Assembly (NCBI GenBank): GCA_004284765.1
Contig: NQJD01000024.1
Coordinates: 1 to 32,000 of the forward strand
DNA: 32,000 nt
Direction of reading: 5' to 3'
Source of the DNA: Candidatus Electronema aureum
GTDB taxonomy: Bacteria > Desulfobacterota > Desulfobulbia > Desulfobulbales > Desulfobulbaceae
Positions within the stretch are counted from its first letter, which is position 1; each line of letters opens with the position of its first letter. Positions 1 through 7,474 of this stretch are shown here, piece after piece. The notes under the pieces were generated by a model that saw only the letters and a program-made list of their open reading frames with translations, ran no database searches and had not been told where the DNA came from. The translations under genes were made by a program, and so were the position numbers.

Positions 1-1434
1 CATTCGCCCTCTGAAAACTGAGACCAAGTCGGAAGTCAACTTTTTCAATATTATATTGTTTTTAATGGTAAATTCAATGTGTTTTTTAGGGAGCCGTCCG
101 CTTTGCCACTCATGGTTCACCATTACCTTGTAATGGAACAATGTTTCTTTATCGACAGCCAATACGTCAGAAGAAACCTTGGTGCCAAGCACAATAGTTT
201 TTCTTCCTTCATGTTTGATTACATCCTCAACTATACGAACATTTGCCATACGCTCCGCAGGCACCATAAATGGCGAATGTGTCGTGTAAATTACTTGGTG
301 TTCAGGGAGAAGTCTTTCTTCAATATAGCGCAGCAAATCGGATTGAGCTTTTCCGTGTAAGGTCAAGCCCGGCTCATCCAGCAGTATAACAGCATTGCCA
401 GTAGTCTTTTTAAGTTGTTTGAATTGAGAGAGAAAGGAGAAAAACCAAACAAAGCCAGCACTGCGCTCTGAGAGTGGTACAGTTACTCGATGATTTGTAT
501 TCTCAATACGAATTTTGACGATAGTTCCCTTATTGAACGGAGCCTTGTCCTCATCTTTACCTTCGCCAATATCAATTATCACTCGCAGTGCTTCGTTTTG
601 ACTCCAGAACTGGAATATCTCATCTGTGATTTCGTTTGAAGCACCTTCGCACTTTGCTTTCAGCTCTTCGTATCTGACAGCTCCCCTTAACTCTTCAATG
701 GAAGTTCCAGCATACTCTAAAAAATCAAGGAATATCCGATCTGATGTGCTTATTTTTTGTTGCTGAGTATCTTCTTGGATTCTGTTTATTGAAATTTCTC
801 CAGACATGCGATCAAAATGCGATGTATAGAAAAATTTCGGCATATTCTTTGAAAGAATTTTTATGATTTCTCTGTAGAAATCATGTTGTTCTAAACTATT
901 CAGCTCTTGGAGCAAGTTGTTTAGATTTTCTGAACGTTGCGGCAGTTCAGTCAATATCGCAATAGCTGTCTGAGCATCAGAAGCATTCTTCAACGGATTT
1001 TTCTCTAACTCTTCCAGTTGATACTTGTGTATCAAGAAATTAAGGCATTCCAGTGTATTGCAGGGGATAGTCCAATATTGCACTTCTCTCCCAATATATT
1101 TGGATATTTTAATTGTTTTATTTTCAAGCGCATTTTTTCCGTATCTTTCAATTACGAGTTCTATATCTTCTTCAGATAAAATCCATTCTGTTTCTACGAC
1201 TATAGACTTTCCATCTTTATTTAAATCGTTGAAGCGAGCCAAGTAACGACGTGGATAATCACGAGTTTTTTCGTAAGAGAAAGAGCCGAACGGTTTAATA
1301 CCGTAAAGAGCTTGAAGAATAGCCGTTTTCCCGGCTTCGTTCTTTCCAACCAGACAAGTTAGATCATCAATTTCAAATTTATTACTATCTTCAACTGATC
1401 TGAAATTGGTGATATGCGCACTAATAAGCTTCAT
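1..1434 (-). CDS. P-loop ABC/AAA15-type ATPase, OLD-family-like; the C-terminal part runs off the left edge (partial)
   Basis: Not in the ORF track because there is no stop in the window. Manual minus-strand translation from the ATG at 1434-1432 gives MKLISAHITNFRSVEDSNKFEIDDLTCLVGKNEAGKTAILQALYG (Walker A GKNEAGKT). Further on come GNAVILLDEPGLTLHGKAQ (Walker B/D-loop) and VIYTTHSPFMV (H-loop). The frame stays open to base 1. GGAGA lies ~9 nt upstream of the ATG. The region is visibly AT-rich compared with its neighbours. Confidence 0.75.
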   Translation of the reverse strand, partial: MKLISAHITNFRSVEDSNKFEIDDLTCLVGKNEAGKTAILQALYGIKPFGSFSYEKTRDYPRRYLARFNDLNKDGKSIVVETEWILSEEDIELVIERYGKNALENKTIKISKYIGREVQYWTIPCNTLECLNFLIHKYQLEELEKNPLKNASDAQTAIAILTELPQRSENLNNLLQELNSLEQHDFYREIIKILSKNMPKFFYTSHFDRMSGEISINRIQEDTQQQKISTSDRIFLDFLEYAGTSIEELRGAVRYEELKAKCEGASNEITDEIFQFWSQNEALRVIIDIGEGKDEDKAPFNKGTIVKIRIENTNHRVTVPLSERSAGFVWFFSFLSQFKQLKKTTGNAVILLDEPGLTLHGKAQSDLLRYIEERLLPEHQVIYTTHSPFMVPAERMANVRIVEDVIKHEGRKTIVLGTKVSSDVLAVDKETLFHYKVMVNHEWQSGRLPKKHIEFTIKNNIILKKLTSDLVSVFRGRM

Positions 1435-1506
1435 TGAAAATTTCTCCAATATAAAAAATATTTTTGATCTACTTAGATAAAGAACCGCTGTATTCATTTC
1501 TTCGCA

Positions 1507-1533
1507 GATGCCTTCCACGTCCAGGAAGGCATC
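1507..1533 (-). terminator. Perfect 10-bp stem-loop downstream of the MNT gene (possible terminator or island boundary)
   Basis: GATGCCTTCC-acgtcca-GGAAGGCATC lies 22 nt past the MNT stop (1555). No clear U-run follows on the minus strand. Confidence 0.35.
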
Positions 1534-1554
1534 GAAATAGCTACCGTTTGAGAC

Positions 1555-1866
1555 CTACATCCTCAGCACCACATACTTCTTTAAAATCTCCTGATGGAAA
1601 CTCGCAGGCAGCCTTGCCCAATCTCGTGCCTCAACTATGATCGGAATTGTCGAATCCTTCAAGGCTTGCAAGAAATCTTCTAGGGCAATAAGAGGAATAG
1701 GGGACAAATCAGGGCTGCGCAAGACAATATCCAAATCGCTGGCATCATGCGCACCGCCGTTCACCCGCGAACCATAGACCCAAACCGTCACATCGGGCAA
1801 ATGCCGAGCCAGCAGCCGCAAGAGCTGCTGCTTGTCTTTATCGCGCAAGAACAGCGCGTCAGTCAT
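1555..1866 (-). CDS. Minimal nucleotidyltransferase (MNT), putative antitoxin of a HEPN/MNT type VII-like TA pair
   Basis: 103 aa. The motif YGSRVNGGAHDASDLDIV matches the GS-x(n)-D-x-D signature of pol-beta-fold minimal NTases. The ATG overlaps the stop of the upstream HEPN gene by 8 nt (ATGACTGA). Confidence 0.85.
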   Translation of the reverse strand: MTDALFLRDKDKQQLLRLLARHLPDVTVWVYGSRVNGGAHDASDLDIVLRSPDLSPIPLIALEDFLQALKDSTIPIIVEARDWARLPASFHQEILKKYVVLRM

Positions 1867-2281
1867 GGCATTGATTGATCAGCTCATTCATGCGATACGC
1901 ATCAGCAATGAATTGCGGCAGCAAGGTCAACGTGTCATCGGCAAAACCTGCGCCGTAATCATGCGAGGTTTCATTGCGGTTGTCACGATAGAGCAGCCAG
2001 CGTTCAGACTCTTCCAGCTCCATCAGTCCATGCTTTGCCGCATGACGGAAGATATCCTTAAAGTTCAGCTGATCAACCTGCTTCGGCGTTGCAAAGTACG
2101 GCTTCAGGCATTTCTTCAGCAGCTTGCCGGTCTGTTCAAGGATGATCTCAAATTCCTTGACGCACGCAGCGCGGTAAATATCATGCAAATCGTCATCAGG
2201 GGACAGATCATGCAATGCCTTGAATGCCCGCTCCAAGGTGCCAATGCAGCGGGCAAAATATTCAGTCTGCAATGCGGCCAT
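1859..2281 (-). CDS. HEPN-domain protein (HI0074-like nucleotidyltransferase substrate-binding subunit), putative toxin
   Basis: 140 aa. RNETSH is an R-x4-H HEPN motif. The surrounding pattern (FEIILEQTGKLLKK ... WLLYRDNRNETSHDY) is typical of the HI0074 family. The gene is paired with an MNT. Confidence 0.85.
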   Translation of the reverse strand: MAALQTEYFARCIGTLERAFKALHDLSPDDDLHDIYRAACVKEFEIILEQTGKLLKKCLKPYFATPKQVDQLNFKDIFRHAAKHGLMELEESERWLLYRDNRNETSHDYGAGFADDTLTLLPQFIADAYRMNELINQCHD

Positions 2282-2293
2282 GATTCTAATACC

Positions 2294-4981
2294 CTACATC
2301 CTCAACACCACATGCGCAACATCGCCGCCTTCATCGCTGGTGCTGATGCTGAAGCCCAGCTTCTCGGCAAGGGTGAGCATGTCGTGGTTATTGGACAGCA
2401 CATCGCCTTCCATGATCTGGAGACCCTGGTTGCGGGCCGTGGCAATGAGCTGCTGCATGAGCAGGTGGGCAATGCCTTGCCGCTGCCACTCGTCAGCCAC
2501 GACAATAGCGAACTCGCAGCTTCTGCCGTCTGGGTTGATGCTGTAACGAGCCACGCCGATCTGCTTCTCCTTGCCCTCAGCCTCCTTGTCAGGCACCACA
2601 GCGATGAGTGCCATCTCGCGGTTGTAGTCGATCTGAGTGAAGCGGGCGAGCATCTGCGGGCTGAGTTCGTTCATCGCCTGCATGAAGCGGAAATACTTGG
2701 TCTGCTCAGAGAGGTTGCGGACAAAGGTCTGCTCCAGCTCCACGTCTTCCGGGCGGATGGGCCGGATGACCAGATCAGTGCCGTCCGGCAGCTGCCGCTT
2801 GGTGACGAGATGCGACGGATAGGGATAAATGGCCATGTGGCTGTAGCGGTCAGAGGTCTGCACGTGGTAATCCACCACGATGCGGGCATCCACAGCAATG
2901 GCCCCGTTCTCATCAACAATCAGCGGGTTGATGTCCAGCTCCTTGACCAAGGGCAGCTCGCAGGCAATCTCCGAAACCCGCAGCAGCACCTGCTCCAGTG
3001 CCTCCATGTTAGTCGGCGGCATGTGACGGAAGGCACCGAGTAGCTTGGATATCCTCGTCCTGCCGATCAAGTCTTGCACCAGCTTGTGGTTCAGCGGCGG
3101 TAGGGTCACAGCCCGGTCGCCCATCACCTCAACTGCAATGCCGCCAGCACCAAAGGTGATCACTGGCCCAAAGACCGGATCAGTGACGATGCCCACCAGC
3201 AGCTCGCGGCCATTGGGCCGCCGGAGCATCGGCTGGATGGTCACGCCGTCAATGCGGGCCTCTGGCCGGTTTTTGCGCACTGCGGCCAGCATCTCGTTGT
3301 AGGCACTGCGTGCGGCCTGCGCATTGCTGATGCCAAGCCTCACCCCGCCTGCATCCGACTTGTGGGTGATGTCCGGCGAGTTAATCTTCAAAGCCACCGG
3401 GAAGCCGATGCTCTCCGCCTGCACCAGTGCCTCGTTGGGCGAGCGGACAATGCTGGCATGAGCAGTGGGGATGTGGAACGCCTTCAGCACGGCCTTAGAC
3501 TCCACCTCGCTGAGGACTTTGCGGCCTTCTGCCAGCGCACTCTCGACGATCAGCCGCGCCCCTTCCACGTCCGGGACTTCATCCAAGGACATCGGTGCTG
3601 GTGTCTCCAAGAGCAGCTTCTGGTTGCGGCTGTGATTAACCAAATAGGAGAAGGCATCAACCGCTGTCTCTGGCGTGTTGAAGGTGGGGATGTTGGCATC
3701 GCGGAGGATGTTGCGGCCTTCCGCCACCTGTATTTCGCCCATCCAGCAGGTCAGCAGCGGCTTGCCCTTGCTCCGCTCCAATCCTACCAGTGCCTTGGCC
3801 ACGCCCGCCGGGTCGGTCATCGCCTGCGGAGTCAAGATAACCAGCAAGCCGTCCACGCCGGGGTCTTCCGCGCAGGCTGCCACGGCCTGGGCGTAGCGTT
3901 CCGGGGTCGCGTCGCCGATGATGTCCACCGGATTGCTCTTTGACCACGTTGCAGGCAGCACTGCGTTGAGCTTCTTCAGGGTCTCCTGAGAGAGCTGGGC
4001 CAAGGGCAAGGTGAGATCAGCAGCCCGGTCTGTGGCCATCACGCCGGGGCCGCCGCCGTTGGTGATGATCGCCAGCCGCTCGCCGCCTGCCTTGATCGGG
4101 AAGGTGAGGATGGAGGCGGCAGAGAAGAGGTTGGCGATGCGCATCCCGCGCAGTACGCCCGCCCGCCGCAGGGCACTGTCGAACACGTCATCCGCGCCCA
4201 CCAGCGCGCCGGTGTGCGACATGGCCGCCTTAGAGCCGGTGGCGTGGCGGCCCACCTTGAGGACGATGACCGGCTTGAAACGCGCCGCCGCCCGCAAGCC
4301 GCTCATGAAGGAAAGCGCGTTGTGGATGCCCTCGATGTAGAGCAGGATGCTCTTGGTCTTGGGGTCGTTGACCAAGTAATCGAGCACGTCGCCGAAGTCT
4401 ATATCAGCGGATATGCCGGTGGAGACCACGGTGGAGAAGCCGATCTTGTTCGCTGCTGACCAGTCGAGGATGGCGGTGCAGAGCGCGCCTGACTGTGAGA
4501 CCAAGGCGATGTTGCCCGGATTGGCCCCGCCCTTGTTGAAGGTGCAGTTGAGGCCGGTCTCAGGCCGCATGATGCCGAGGCAGTTCGGCCCGACAAAGCG
4601 CAGCCCGTGGCGGCGGGCGGTCTCTAAAACTGCCTGCTCCAGCTTCAGGCCCTGCGGCCCCACCTCGCGGAAGCCTGCCGAGATGATCACTGCCGAGCGG
4701 ATGCCGTAGTTGCCGCAGGCTTCGATGATCCCTGGCACGGTCGCTGCTGGCGTGGTGATCACCGCCAAGTCCACTGGCTGGCCGATGCTCTTCAGGTCAG
4801 GATACGCCTTGCGGCCCTGCACCTCGTCGCGCTTGGGGTTGATCGGATAGACCTCGCCCTTGAAGCCGCCCTCGATCATGTTCTTGAAGACCAGATTGCC
4901 GACCGCGCATTCACGGTCACTGGCCCCAAATACGGCCACAGACTTCGGTTCAAACAGCGTGCTGAGATAGTGTTTGCTCAT
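2294..4981 (-). CDS. pat: Pat/YfiQ-type protein acetyltransferase (ADP-forming acyl-CoA synthetase-like CoA-binding + ATP-grasp domains fused to a C-terminal GNAT)
   Basis: The N-terminus MSKHYLSTLFEPKSVAVFGAS... lines up with Pat-type N-termini (CoA-binding GxGAS region). A succinyl-CoA-synthetase-like flavodoxin region and an ATP-grasp region follow. The C-terminal GNAT has QRQGIAHLLMQQLIATARNQG. I chose the start at 4981 over the track start at 5068 because the alignment begins there and it forms an ATGA overlap with the upstream ORF. Confidence 0.9.
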   Translation of the reverse strand: MSKHYLSTLFEPKSVAVFGASDRECAVGNLVFKNMIEGGFKGEVYPINPKRDEVQGRKAYPDLKSIGQPVDLAVITTPAATVPGIIEACGNYGIRSAVIISAGFREVGPQGLKLEQAVLETARRHGLRFVGPNCLGIMRPETGLNCTFNKGGANPGNIALVSQSGALCTAILDWSAANKIGFSTVVSTGISADIDFGDVLDYLVNDPKTKSILLYIEGIHNALSFMSGLRAAARFKPVIVLKVGRHATGSKAAMSHTGALVGADDVFDSALRRAGVLRGMRIANLFSAASILTFPIKAGGERLAIITNGGGPGVMATDRAADLTLPLAQLSQETLKKLNAVLPATWSKSNPVDIIGDATPERYAQAVAACAEDPGVDGLLVILTPQAMTDPAGVAKALVGLERSKGKPLLTCWMGEIQVAEGRNILRDANIPTFNTPETAVDAFSYLVNHSRNQKLLLETPAPMSLDEVPDVEGARLIVESALAEGRKVLSEVESKAVLKAFHIPTAHASIVRSPNEALVQAESIGFPVALKINSPDITHKSDAGGVRLGISNAQAARSAYNEMLAAVRKNRPEARIDGVTIQPMLRRPNGRELLVGIVTDPVFGPVITFGAGGIAVEVMGDRAVTLPPLNHKLVQDLIGRTRISKLLGAFRHMPPTNMEALEQVLLRVSEIACELPLVKELDINPLIVDENGAIAVDARIVVDYHVQTSDRYSHMAIYPYPSHLVTKRQLPDGTDLVIRPIRPEDVELEQTFVRNLSEQTKYFRFMQAMNELSPQMLARFTQIDYNREMALIAVVPDKEAEGKEKQIGVARYSINPDGRSCEFAIVVADEWQRQGIAHLLMQQLIATARNQGLQIMEGDVLSNNHDMLTLAEKLGFSISTSDEGGDVAHVVLRM

Positions 4982-5238
4982 GAGAGTTTTGTTGTCAGAG
5001 GGAAGGGCTGTAGGAGCTGCCATCGCGCTTCGATGGTGTCTGCGGACAAATCGGCACCGCAGGCCCATTCAATAAAGTACGTTCCATTGTGAATCTGCCT
5101 GAATGCAGCCCAGTCGTTCAAGTCAGCGAAAGCCTCATCCTGAAGGTACGGAGAAACGTCAAACATGCCAATGCGCCCATCATCGGCAACAATCCGCAGC
5201 GTGTGGTCAGGACAGGAGCAGACATCTTTGATTGTCAT
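4978..5238 (-). CDS. DUF2442-family small protein
   Basis: 86 aa. The pattern FDVSPYLQDEAFADLND..F..I......IEWACGADLSADT matches my recollection of the DUF2442 consensus. The stop overlaps the pat start (ATGA). Confidence 0.75.
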   Translation of the reverse strand: MTIKDVCSCPDHTLRIVADDGRIGMFDVSPYLQDEAFADLNDWAAFRQIHNGTYFIEWACGADLSADTIEARWQLLQPFPLTTKLS

Positions 5239-5288
5239 TGATCAAGCCCTTTGATGGGGAATGGCTTCTTGCCGTTCACCGCTAATTC

Positions 5289-5498
5289 CTAATCTGCCAG
5301 CAAGTCCTCTTGGTGTATCTCGATCCAAGCGATGACCAGCTTGTGTTTGCCTGCTGGCACCAGCAGCGTTCCGTCAGGGATTGAATACACGGCAACCTGT
5401 CCCTGATATTCTGCGTGAATATGCGGCATGTGATGCTTTTCCACATCACGGAAGAACATCCTGATCAAAATGCCGTAGAAGAGTGAAATGGTCGGCAT
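5289..5498 (-). CDS. DUF4160-family small protein
   Basis: 69 aa. MPTISLFYGILIRMFF...HHMPHIHAEYQG is the characteristic DUF4160 N-terminus. The gene is paired with DUF2442 50 nt downstream. Confidence 0.75.
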   Translation of the reverse strand: MPTISLFYGILIRMFFRDVEKHHMPHIHAEYQGQVAVYSIPDGTLLVPAGKHKLVIAWIEIHQEDLLAD

Positions 5499-5539
5499 GG
5501 TGTTGTAGTCAGAAAGGGAGGGGGTAATAAAGGGAGGGC

Positions 5540-5567
5540 GTAAGGGCGAAAGATGTTTCGCCCTTAC
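5540..5567. repeat. Hairpin element A of the GTAnGGGC...GCCCnTAC family
   Basis: GTAAGGGCGAAA-gatg-TTTCGCCCTTAC is a perfect 12-bp stem. It lies 10 nt downstream of the stop of the 5577-6653 gene. Confidence 0.7.
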
Positions 5568-5576
5568 ACCTGTCTA

Positions 5577-6653
5577 TCAACTTCCTACGCTGACATCGAG
5601 CACATCCACCACCCGCCCGCCATACTCATTCCGCAGCATCTCCTTCAGTCCGGCGTAATTGTTCACGCGGATGGTCAGGTTCGTCACAGCCGAGCCAGCA
5701 AAGCCTTGCAGGGTGACTGCGCCATTGGCGGTGACGCTCACCGCCGCGCCTGTCTTACCGCCTTCCTGCATGTCGAGCAGGCTGAAGAGCAGCGCGTCGG
5801 CCCGCAGATCAAGAAGCACCTGAATGCGCAGGGTTTCATTGGCCGACACGCTGCCGCCGGTGACGCTGACATGCGGGCTGGTCTCTTTGCCGGTAAGGAT
5901 GCCGACTTCCGGCGGATTGGGATGGCCCATCTTGGTCAAGGTTAGCGGGCTGCGCAGCCGCCGTTTGTAGATGCCGGTGCGCAGGGTGCCGTGCTTGGTG
6001 TAGCGGGTGGTGATGGAAAGCTGGTACTCGTTGTTCCACGGATCGGGCTGGCTCGGCACATCAGGCATGAGGACGATCTCGGTGTTGGCGATGGTGCCAA
6101 CGCGGCTCTGCACCGCGCTGCCGCTGCGGGTGCCCTCAATCAGGCAGTGCGAGCCGCTGTCCTTGCGGTCAAAGAGGAGATTGCTGCCCGTGATGCGGAG
6201 CATTCCGTCCGGGCGCAGCACATCGCGCAGGCCCAGCACGGCATCTTCTGCGGCGGTGATGACCGGCAGCTTCTCCGCCGTAGGCAGCCGCTCGATGCGC
6301 GCGTTCTGGCGCAGGCGTTCAAGAAAGCTCTGCGAGACACGGACGCTGACTTGCAGGCATTCGTCCAAAGGCGGCAGCGGGTCGTCCGCGTTGTCCAATC
6401 TGCCGGTGAAGGTGAGATACCAGCTGAAGCTGCCGTGTTTCGTCACCTGCTCGCCGTTGAGCAGCCGCTCCAGAACAGCCTCGTCTTCGGCATGGAGGAT
6501 GGTCTCCACCGCTTCCGTGCTGAAGTTGGGCTGGCTGCGGCTGATATCTGCGGCAATGTCCTGCTCGTCCGCCGTGTTGCGGGGCACAAAGCGGAGGATG
6601 TAGGACTCAGGCGTGGTCAGTGAGTTGGGTTCCGGCTTGCATTGAATGCTCAT
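5577..6653 (-). CDS. Hypothetical protein, HU-like N-terminal region + DUF4469-like Ig-fold region, with an extra C-terminal ~130 aa
   Basis: 358 aa. AAGAGG lies 6 nt upstream of the ATG. The mid-region LPVITAAEDAVLGLRDVLRPDGMLRITGSNLLFDRKDSG..CLIEG...V......ANTEIVLMPDVP resembles the DUF4469 pattern as I recall it. The assignment is by recall only. Confidence 0.55.
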   Translation of the reverse strand: MSIQCKPEPNSLTTPESYILRFVPRNTADEQDIAADISRSQPNFSTEAVETILHAEDEAVLERLLNGEQVTKHGSFSWYLTFTGRLDNADDPLPPLDECLQVSVRVSQSFLERLRQNARIERLPTAEKLPVITAAEDAVLGLRDVLRPDGMLRITGSNLLFDRKDSGSHCLIEGTRSGSAVQSRVGTIANTEIVLMPDVPSQPDPWNNEYQLSITTRYTKHGTLRTGIYKRRLRSPLTLTKMGHPNPPEVGILTGKETSPHVSVTGGSVSANETLRIQVLLDLRADALLFSLLDMQEGGKTGAAVSVTANGAVTLQGFAGSAVTNLTIRVNNYAGLKEMLRNEYGGRVVDVLDVSVGS

Positions 6654-6709
6654 ATCTGCCTCTTCGCATCGTAAGGATTTGAGAATACTGCGCAGAACTG
6701 CGACAGCTC

Positions 6710-6738
6710 ATCCTAAGAAGCCCGCCCGCTTCTGTCAA
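6710..6738 (-). promoter_or_regulatory. Putative sigma70-type promoter for the 5577-6653 gene
   Basis: The minus strand reads TTGACA-17 nt-TAGGAT, about 55 nt upstream of the ATG at 6653. Confidence 0.4.
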
Positions 6739-6776
6739 ACATTCTTTGCCTCTGAACATGCGCCTCGGCATACAGA

Positions 6777-6798
6777 GCGTATGCGGAAGCGCATACGC
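6777..6798. repeat. Stem-loop GCGTATGCG-gaag-CGCATACGC, with a third GCGTATG copy at 6800
   Basis: Perfect 9-bp stem, downstream of the higA stop (6870). The half-element GTAGGGGC at 6808 follows. Confidence 0.5.
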
Positions 6799-6869
6799 AG
6801 CGTATGAGTAGGGGCATGTTTTTCGTAAAGCCTTCCTCTGTCTGGAGAGAACAGGTGCCTGTGAGGTTG

Positions 6870-7178
6870 CTACCGGGCTGCTTGAGCGGAATGCACTTTC
6901 ACTTCCTTGTCAAGGCGCGCGCCGAGTTTGCTGCGGGCCTTTTTCATATTGTATCTGGCTTGAAGATTGATCCAGAACTCAGGCTCGATGCTGAAATACC
7001 TGCCGAGACGCAAGGCAGTGTCAGCACTTATCTCCTTTGTGCCGCTGATGATCTGGCTGATTCTGCTCAAAGGGACATTGATGTCCTCGGCCAGCTTGTC
7101 TTGAGAGATGTTCAGCGGCTTCATGAATTCTTCCAGCAGGACATCTCCGGGGGTGACTGGTGCCAACTTTTCTGCCAT
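6870..7178 (-). CDS. higA: HigA-family antitoxin (XRE-type HTH)
   Basis: 102 aa. PGDVLLEEFMKPLNISQDKLAEDINVPLSRISQIISGTKEISADTALRLGRYF is the typical HigA/VapI HTH. It lies 11 nt downstream of higB. Confidence 0.9.
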   Translation of the reverse strand: MAEKLAPVTPGDVLLEEFMKPLNISQDKLAEDINVPLSRISQIISGTKEISADTALRLGRYFSIEPEFWINLQARYNMKKARSKLGARLDKEVKVHSAQAAR

Positions 7179-7189
7179 TGCAAGACCTC

Positions 7190-7468
7190 CTAATGGTAAT
7201 CAACAATCTCGACCGAATGAGCGCAGCCATCCTGCCAGACAAAGCAGATGCGCCATTGATCGTTGATTCTGATGCTGTGCTGACCAGCCCTGTCTCCTTT
7301 CAGGCCCTCAAGTCTGTTACCGGGCGGAATATTCAGGCTGTTCAGCGAGACAGCGGCGTTGAGCAGCTCCAGCTTAATCCGCGCCGACTTAGAGATGGCT
7401 TTGAACCGCTTCACGCTGATGTCGTTGAAGAGCTTTTCAGTGTCTTTGCAGCGGAAACTGATGATCAT
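7190..7468 (-). CDS. higB: HigB-type toxin (RelE/ParE superfamily, plasmid maintenance system killer)
   Basis: 92 aa. MIISFRCKDTEKLFN...LEGLKGDRAGQHSIRINDQWRICFVW....A..VEIVDYH is the canonical HigB pattern. The toxin-first order is as in higBA. Confidence 0.9.
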   Translation of the reverse strand: MIISFRCKDTEKLFNDISVKRFKAISKSARIKLELLNAAVSLNSLNIPPGNRLEGLKGDRAGQHSIRINDQWRICFVWQDGCAHSVEIVDYH

Positions 7469-7474
7469 CTGATC

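Noticed and set aside
1832-3043. Long plus-strand ORF (403 aa), and similar long antisense ORFs at 7717-8682, 8999-10147, 9568-10605, 10627-11748, 13581-14459, 15931-16803, 19234-19884 and 23672-24388.
   Set aside because: Each lies opposite a confidently recognised conserved gene (pat, TPR, lspA/ileS, ftsY, lon, aroC, TPR). Their translations are Arg/Ala/Gly/Leu/His-rich low-complexity strings typical of open antisense frames in GC-rich DNA. No motifs were recognised.
4982-5068. N-terminal extensions offered by the ORF track for pat (to 5068), lspA (to 9619), ileS (to 12372), aroK (from 17505), the TPR gene (to 8607) and the GGDEF-EAL gene (to 30888).
   Set aside because: Family alignments begin at the internal Met codons (4981, 9514, 12327, 17664, 8535, 30771). 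The extensions overlap upstream genes, REP-like hairpins or a rho-independent terminator, and they encode Arg/Pro-rich junk.
5553-5945. Plus-strand ORF (130 aa) preceded by two very strong SD-like AAAGGGAGGG sequences.
   Set aside because: It starts inside hairpin A and runs antisense to the DUF4469-like gene. The translation has antisense-type composition. The SD-like repeats are reported separately as a sequence oddity.
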